Assembly (NCBI GenBank): GCA_963815095.1
Contig: CAWFFH010000003.1
Coordinates: 928,001-992,000 of the forward strand
Source of the DNA: Candidatus Bathyarchaeota archaeon
GTDB taxonomy: Archaea; Thermoproteota; Bathyarchaeia; Bathyarchaeales; Bathycorpusculaceae
Reading direction: 5' to 3'
DNA length: 64,000 nt
Of the stretch, positions 58,962 to 64,000 are shown one piece after another (the first letter of the stretch is position 1; each line of letters begins with the position of its first letter). A program made the translations under genes and the position numbers. The notes beneath the pieces were generated by a model. The model had not been told where the DNA came from. It was given only the letters and a program-made list of their open reading frames with translations, and searched no databases.

Positions 58962-59975
58962 ATGTCATCAAACACTAACAGGCTTGAAATCCAAAGCTAC
59001 GATGATAAAGAAAAAATGTTTCTAGTTAAATCACCTTTAGGCAACGTCGTGAAGGTTGCAGACACCTTTGCCGAAATGTTCGGGCTTTGGGCGGGAAGAG
59101 TTTTGATTACCGCACAAAACGAAAAATGGGCACAAATCGCCGCAAGTTTAACAACAGGTTTTGCCACAAGCGTAATCGAAGCAACTGCAGAAGCAGCAAT
59201 CGAACGAGCTGTTCCAGCAGACCAGACACCAGACAAACGACCAGGAATACTTATTCAAATTTATAATCGTGACCGATTTGAACTCAAACACCAGTTAATG
59301 CAACGCATTGGTCAATGCACACTGACATGCCCAACAACCGCAGCCTTCAACGGCTTAACCGGAAAACGCACCCTCAACGTCGGCAGCAGCCTCCGCTACT
59401 TCGGCGATGGCTTCCAGAAAAAAGCTATGGTTGGCGGCAGAAAATGCTGGAGAATCCCCGTTATGGAAGGCGACTTTATTGTTGAAGACGGTTTTGGCGC
59501 AATGGAAGCGGTTGCAGGTGGCAACTTTATGATTTTCGCTTCGGATCAACTTTCAGGTCTCAAAGCAGCTGAGGCTGCAGCAGACGCAATCCGAGCAAAT
59601 GCCCCTGACGTAATTATGCAGTTTCCAGGAGGAGTTTGCCGTGCAGGAAGCAAAGCAGGCTCGCTCAAATACAAACTTAAAGCTTCAACTAACCACCCAT
59701 ACTGCCCAACATTGCGTACTCTTGTTCCTGATTCCGTAGTTCCAGAAGGCGTAACTTGCGTCTATGAAATTGTTATGAACGGCTTAACATTGGACGCAGT
59801 TAAAAAAGGCATGAAAGTAGGCGTAACAGCAGCCGTCGGAGTTCCAGGGGTAGTAAAAATTTCGTCAGGTAACTACGGTGGAAAACTCGGACCATTCAAA
59901 GCTTATCTCAGAGACGCTATAGGTGCACCTGCAATAGAGCCAGCGCAGGCACCGCCAGTTAAGCCAAAAGCCTAA
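58962..59975 (+). CDS. ftr: Formylmethanofuran-tetrahydromethanopterin N-formyltransferase
   Basis: DTFAE, TGFATSVI, TPD.RPG, RIGQC.LTCPT, FGDG, GGNF, GNYGGKLG. Confidence 0.95.
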   Translation: MSSNTNRLEIQSYDDKEKMFLVKSPLGNVVKVADTFAEMFGLWAGRVLITAQNEKWAQIAASLTTGFATSVIEATAEAAIERAVPADQTPDKRPGILIQIYNRDRFELKHQLMQRIGQCTLTCPTTAAFNGLTGKRTLNVGSSLRYFGDGFQKKAMVGGRKCWRIPVMEGDFIVEDGFGAMEAVAGGNFMIFASDQLSGLKAAEAAADAIRANAPDVIMQFPGGVCRAGSKAGSLKYKLKASTNHPYCPTLRTLVPDSVVPEGVTCVYEIVMNGLTLDAVKKGMKVGVTAAVGVPGVVKISSGNYGGKLGPFKAYLRDAIGAPAIEPAQAPPVKPKA

Positions 59976-60057
59976 ACTTCCGTTTTTTAAGTCGGAACTT
60001 TTATTTGATTCCTATCAAAGTAAGTTATGCTGGTTACGCGGAACTTAGTGAAGTTAT

Positions 60058-61326
60058 TTGAGTACAGCAAAAAAATCGTCCCTTGAACTATTCAGGCTAA
60101 GAAAAACCCTCAACGCCCTAGCTAACAAAGAGGGTAGCCACACCGAACTTATCACTGTTTACGTTCCACCAGGCAAACAAATCAGCGACGCCCTCAACCT
60201 TCTGCGCAATGAATATGGAACCGCCAGCAACATCAAATCCAACGTAACGCGCAAAAACGTTCTCGACGCCATCACCAAAGCGCAGCAAAAACTCAAACTT
60301 TTCAAAGACCCAGGCGAAAAAGGCATTGTAATTTTTACGGGTGCTCTGCTTGGGGAGGGAGACGCGCCAGGAACTGAACGCATGGAAGCCTACGTCATCG
60401 TTCCACCTGACCCCATCAAAATCTTCCTCTATCGCTGCGACTCACGTTTCCACACTGAGTATCTGCAGGATATGTTGCGGGAAAAAGAAAGCTACGGCAT
60501 CTTACTGGTAGATGCTAACAACGCTTCGATCGCCACTTTGCAAGGGAAGCGTTTGCAGATTGTGAGGCAAATGCATTCAGGTGTTGCAGGCAAAACTAAG
60601 GCCGGGGGGCAATCGGCTAGACGTTACGAACGTCTTCGCGATATGCAGCTTAACGAATATTTCACCCGCGTGGGTGCACACGCAAATGAAATTTTCTTGC
60701 CTATTGAAAATTTAAAAGGAATTATCCTTGGTGGCCCAGGTCCGACAAAATACGATTTTGAGAAAGGCGACTACCTGAACTATCAACTCAAAAACAAACT
60801 TCTCGACGTAATTGACACAGCCTACGTAGAGGAGCAGGGTGTCAAAGAAATAGTGGATAAAGCCCCTGAAATTATGCGTAAAGTCCGCTACATCGAAGAA
60901 AAAGAAGTCATGCAAAAGTTCCTCTACGAAGTCGGTCACGACACTGGCTTGATAACCTACGGTGAAGCTGAAGTGAGACGTCTGCTGCAGAACGGAGCAG
61001 TGCGTACGGTATTGATGTCGGAGGATTTAGATTTGGTCCGCTTGACAGTCAAATGCGGCGCTTGCGGCTTGGAAGAACAATATACAGTTAAGGGCAAGGA
61101 CGTGTCTGATTTTGAGAAGGGTTTAATTGGGAAGCCCTGTGCAGCCTGTAAGGCGCCATCATTCACAGTGGTAGACAAGAAAGACGTTGTTGATGACTTG
61201 GCCGAGCTTGCTGAACTCGCAAACACTGATGTTGAGGTTATTTCCGGCGAAACTGAAGAAGGACAGATGCTCAAGAATGCTTTCGGAGGTCTTGCCGCGA
61301 TTCTAAGGTTCAAAATGCAAGGTTAA
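60058..61326 (+). CDS. prf1: Peptide chain release factor aRF1
   Basis: TASNIKS, YRCD, GGQSARR, AFGGLAAILRF. Confidence 0.96.
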   Translation: MSTAKKSSLELFRLRKTLNALANKEGSHTELITVYVPPGKQISDALNLLRNEYGTASNIKSNVTRKNVLDAITKAQQKLKLFKDPGEKGIVIFTGALLGEGDAPGTERMEAYVIVPPDPIKIFLYRCDSRFHTEYLQDMLREKESYGILLVDANNASIATLQGKRLQIVRQMHSGVAGKTKAGGQSARRYERLRDMQLNEYFTRVGAHANEIFLPIENLKGIILGGPGPTKYDFEKGDYLNYQLKNKLLDVIDTAYVEEQGVKEIVDKAPEIMRKVRYIEEKEVMQKFLYEVGHDTGLITYGEAEVRRLLQNGAVRTVLMSEDLDLVRLTVKCGACGLEEQYTVKGKDVSDFEKGLIGKPCAACKAPSFTVVDKKDVVDDLAELAELANTDVEVISGETEEGQMLKNAFGGLAAILRFKMQG

Positions 61327-61560
61327 TCGCGGTTAACGTGTTATCGGCTTTAAGAATGGCAATACTGACATTCATTCTAAGTGTTTCAATAATTGTTCAA
61401 GCTAAGAAAATCATGTGGTTGTTTCTCTCAAAAACTGAAAAGTTGATTGGGGGGTAAGGTGAGGGGTTAGTCCCTCTTTCTTATTGTTCTCTTTTGTTAT
61501 TGAATAAGACTTGTTTTGTTTGCTTATAAGGGATATTTCCATTTTCGTAATATCCAAGCA

Positions 61561-61842
61561 TTAACTTGGTTTTAACTGCAAAAGTTGTTCTGCCTGCTGC
61601 TTTCCTAACCCCTTTACGAACAGATGCTTTTCTTTAGAAGTAGCCCCTGAAACAAGCTCAACTTTCGTATGCAAAAGTTTTGTGAGTTCTTTTAGGATTT
61701 CTTTGTTCACTTTGCCTTTGATTGGTTCTTCAGTGGAGTGGACCATGATTTCGCCTTCATCCATTTCTAGACTAAATTTAGGGCTGTTGGGTTTAACAAA
61801 AATGGTGATTATTACGCCGTCGTTAGTTTCGGAGATACTCAT
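61561..61842 (-). CDS. DUF167/YggU family protein
   Basis: VKPNS, P..GK.N.E, LVSG.TS.EK. Confidence 0.85.
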   Translation of the reverse strand: MSISETNDGVIITIFVKPNSPKFSLEMDEGEIMVHSTEEPIKGKVNKEILKELTKLLHTKVELVSGATSKEKHLFVKGLGKQQAEQLLQLKPS

Positions 61843-63494
61843 GCAGGTATGCACTCGGAATTGCAGGACGATCGTGCTTTGCCAGATTGCAATGCCCAAC
61901 TGAACTTGTTGCGCAGAGTTTGAGGGTAGAATTTCTCGATGTCGAACTTGACTTTCTTCGCCCATTTGACATACGCAGTCGGGTCAATGTAAGATTTCAA
62001 TGAGGTGCCCAAATTGTATTCCTTTGTCAGCTTGGTTAGTTGAATGTCCAGCTTGGCTCTTTCGATTCTGGTTTCGAGGGATTCGGTTTTTTTGCCCGCG
62101 GCTTTTTTTGTTTTCAGTTGTTGCTCGAGGTTTTTGAGGTTCTCTTCTTTTTGGACAACGCGCTTGTCAAAGGTCGGTGGAACTTTGCGTTTGTGGTTTG
62201 CCACTTCAGCAACTTTGAAGTTTGCCATTTTTGCCGCATAATTCTTTTTGTAATCGGGGTCATTTTTGGTGACGCCACTCTTTTCGAGCTCTTCTTTGAC
62301 GGTTTTCGTGCATCTCCATGTACGGAAAACTTTGGCGGTGAGTTTGGGCATTTTTTCAGAGAGGAAACGGCTCACATGTTTGGAGTCGATGCCTTCAAAG
62401 AGGTATTCTTTACTTGTTTTGCTGAAATGCTCAATGTTTTTTATGACTTCAGGAGGCGCTTTATACTCTTTAATCCATCTCACGCTGTCTTTGCCTAAGA
62501 AATCAAAGTGGAGTGTATCACCCACGATTTTGATGTGTTCTTTTCTCAGCGTTATAGCCCCTACGGTGTCCGCTTCGTCGGGGTCTTTTTCGTCGCCAAC
62601 CCTCATGTTAGGCACCAAAATCAGCCATGACACAGTTGCGACCTTGCGCCTTGTCTCGTCCTTGTTGACAAGGTTTTTGAGGATATGTGCTTCGATTTGT
62701 TTGATTTGTTTGTCCAATGTTTCGGCTTTCTGGAACTTTTCTTTTTCGCGGTTCTGTTTTAGGAATGCAGTATCGGAGAACCAGACGTATTTGATTTTGC
62801 CTGTGAGTTTGTCTTCCCACTTGGCTACATACATCTTATTGGGTTCCCAAACGATGCCTTTCCAGTTTCCCGCGGGTTTTGGCACATCAGGGGGCAAGTT
62901 GAGCGTGATGTCTTGCTCGCTTGGTCCTTCCTTCCATTTGCCTCGTTGTGGGTGGTCGCCTCGACCAGCAAAAAGACATGAAGGTTCAGCAGTCCAGTTG
63001 GCAATTTCCAGTTTTTGCCCATCAACTTCTGCATAACCATATTTTTCTTTGAATTCTAAACGTTTTACTTTACGTTCTTCAGCCTGCTTCTTCTTCTCTT
63101 CCTTAGTTATTGCTTCTTTCTTGGCTTTATCGTCAATGATGAAGCTCTTAACTTGGCTAAAATCAATTTCGTTGATTTGCCCACCGTTGTTTTGGATCGT
63201 CTGGGGATTATCGATGCTGGCAAGGTACTTTTGAATGAAAGCGTTCAAGTATCCTGCGGAGGGATTTTCTTTCTTTAGCTGTTCGAGAAATTCCTTCATG
63301 AAATTCTTTGTAAAAACTTTGTCTGGTGGTGGTATGGTAGTTGATAGAACTCTGCGGCTCCACGCCATCGCCATGGGTTCAGTTTTATTGGTTAGTTTGA
63401 TTGTTTGACCTTGAATTTTTACACTAAATCCCTTAAGGTCGTAAGGCGGAACGAATATGCCGTTGTGCTTTAGGCTTTTCATAACGTGTTTCAT
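61839..63494 (-). CDS. Eukaryote-like DNA topoisomerase IB
   Basis: EP..LF.GRG.HP.RG, RVG, FLGKDS, KVFRT, NHK, SLKSYIDP catalytic pentad. Confidence 0.95.
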   Translation of the reverse strand: MKHVMKSLKHNGIFVPPYDLKGFSVKIQGQTIKLTNKTEPMAMAWSRRVLSTTIPPPDKVFTKNFMKEFLEQLKKENPSAGYLNAFIQKYLASIDNPQTIQNNGGQINEIDFSQVKSFIIDDKAKKEAITKEEKKKQAEERKVKRLEFKEKYGYAEVDGQKLEIANWTAEPSCLFAGRGDHPQRGKWKEGPSEQDITLNLPPDVPKPAGNWKGIVWEPNKMYVAKWEDKLTGKIKYVWFSDTAFLKQNREKEKFQKAETLDKQIKQIEAHILKNLVNKDETRRKVATVSWLILVPNMRVGDEKDPDEADTVGAITLRKEHIKIVGDTLHFDFLGKDSVRWIKEYKAPPEVIKNIEHFSKTSKEYLFEGIDSKHVSRFLSEKMPKLTAKVFRTWRCTKTVKEELEKSGVTKNDPDYKKNYAAKMANFKVAEVANHKRKVPPTFDKRVVQKEENLKNLEQQLKTKKAAGKKTESLETRIERAKLDIQLTKLTKEYNLGTSLKSYIDPTAYVKWAKKVKFDIEKFYPQTLRNKFSWALQSGKARSSCNSECIPA

Positions 63495-63639
63495 TTTGGT
63501 TGAACACCATTTTTCGGCAAAGTTTCTTGCTTAGCCAACTATAGCTTTTACAAGGTTTTTTTATCTTTCGTTTTAAGATATTGCTTACGTCTACGACGGA
63601 TAAGACTTTAAAAATATTCGTCAATAGTCTGGGCGGATT

Positions 63640-64000
63640 TCAGGAAAAAAGCTGTTTCTGCCGTTTTGAAACTCTGTCGCTTTGCAGTTTCTTATAAACT
63701 TCCTCAACCATCTTTCGTTCAACATAACCCTTATGGGGTCTAAATCCACCGCTGAACCCGCCGGGAATGTGCATAAGCTCATGAATCAAAGTCCGCTCTT
63801 TATCTTCCGAGGACATTCTGTCAAAAATCTCTGAAATAACCTCAATAGTGTATGATGGGGGAAGGTTCAATACGCCTTGCCAAATCTTGCCTAGGCCATG
63901 AATTCGGGCGATTGTGCGGCGTGCTTTGGAGCCTTTGCTTCGTACGCAGAAAACGAACTGCGGTACTACATGGTAGAATTCGCATTCCTCTGCTAACTGG
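63640..64000 (-). CDS. Putative metallopeptidase (5' truncated by window)
   Basis: HELMHIP zincin motif; frame extends to the window end (RSKGSKARRTIARIHG..WQ). Confidence 0.75.
   Translation of the reverse strand, partial: QLAEECEFYHVVPQFVFCVRSKGSKARRTIARIHGLGKIWQGVLNLPPSYTIEVISEIFDRMSSEDKERTLIHELMHIPGGFSGGFRPHKGYVERKMVEEVYKKLQSDRVSKRQKQLFS

Noticed and set aside
61839-63494. Eukaryote-like topoisomerase IB (and TFE-beta at 9729-10178) as novelty
   Set aside because: Already described in TACK archaea; useful as taxonomic markers only.
1-64000. CRISPR array, rRNA, transposase, integrase or intein
   Set aside because: None seen. The tRNA-fragment repeats are irregularly spaced with gene-sized intervals, unlike CRISPR.

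Overview
Archaeal chromosomal window, most likely from a Bathyarchaeia (TACK) genome. The assignment is inferred from the eukaryote-like topoisomerase IB, Ftr, TFE-beta, form III RuBisCO and a large secreted beta-propeller protein ending in LRKRP. Most of the window is housekeeping: truD, KEOPS kae1/bud32/pcc1, proteasome beta, uS15, RecJ/GAN, aIF2-alpha, aRF1, pyrF, aconitase, nadC and nadM. It also carries an AMP phosphorylase/RuBisCO/R15P-isomerase cluster, a tandem ferredoxin-MvhD gene in an operon with nfnAB, and a three-gene putative protein O-mannosylation operon. The most unusual structure lies at about 35.3-50.4 kb. Two divergent tRNA genes (Thr-GGT, Leu-TAG) flank an 800 bp A/C-skewed spacer containing helically phased A-tracts. 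Each tRNA is followed by co-oriented, degenerate copies of its own 3' end that partition accessory genes into cassette-like units, three of them about 550-575 bp with one ORF. No integrase is visible in the window. Five genes are broken by single-base insertions, probably sequencing errors, and two genes appear to start at non-canonical ACG/ATA codons. All product calls come from motif recognition by eye, not database searches.
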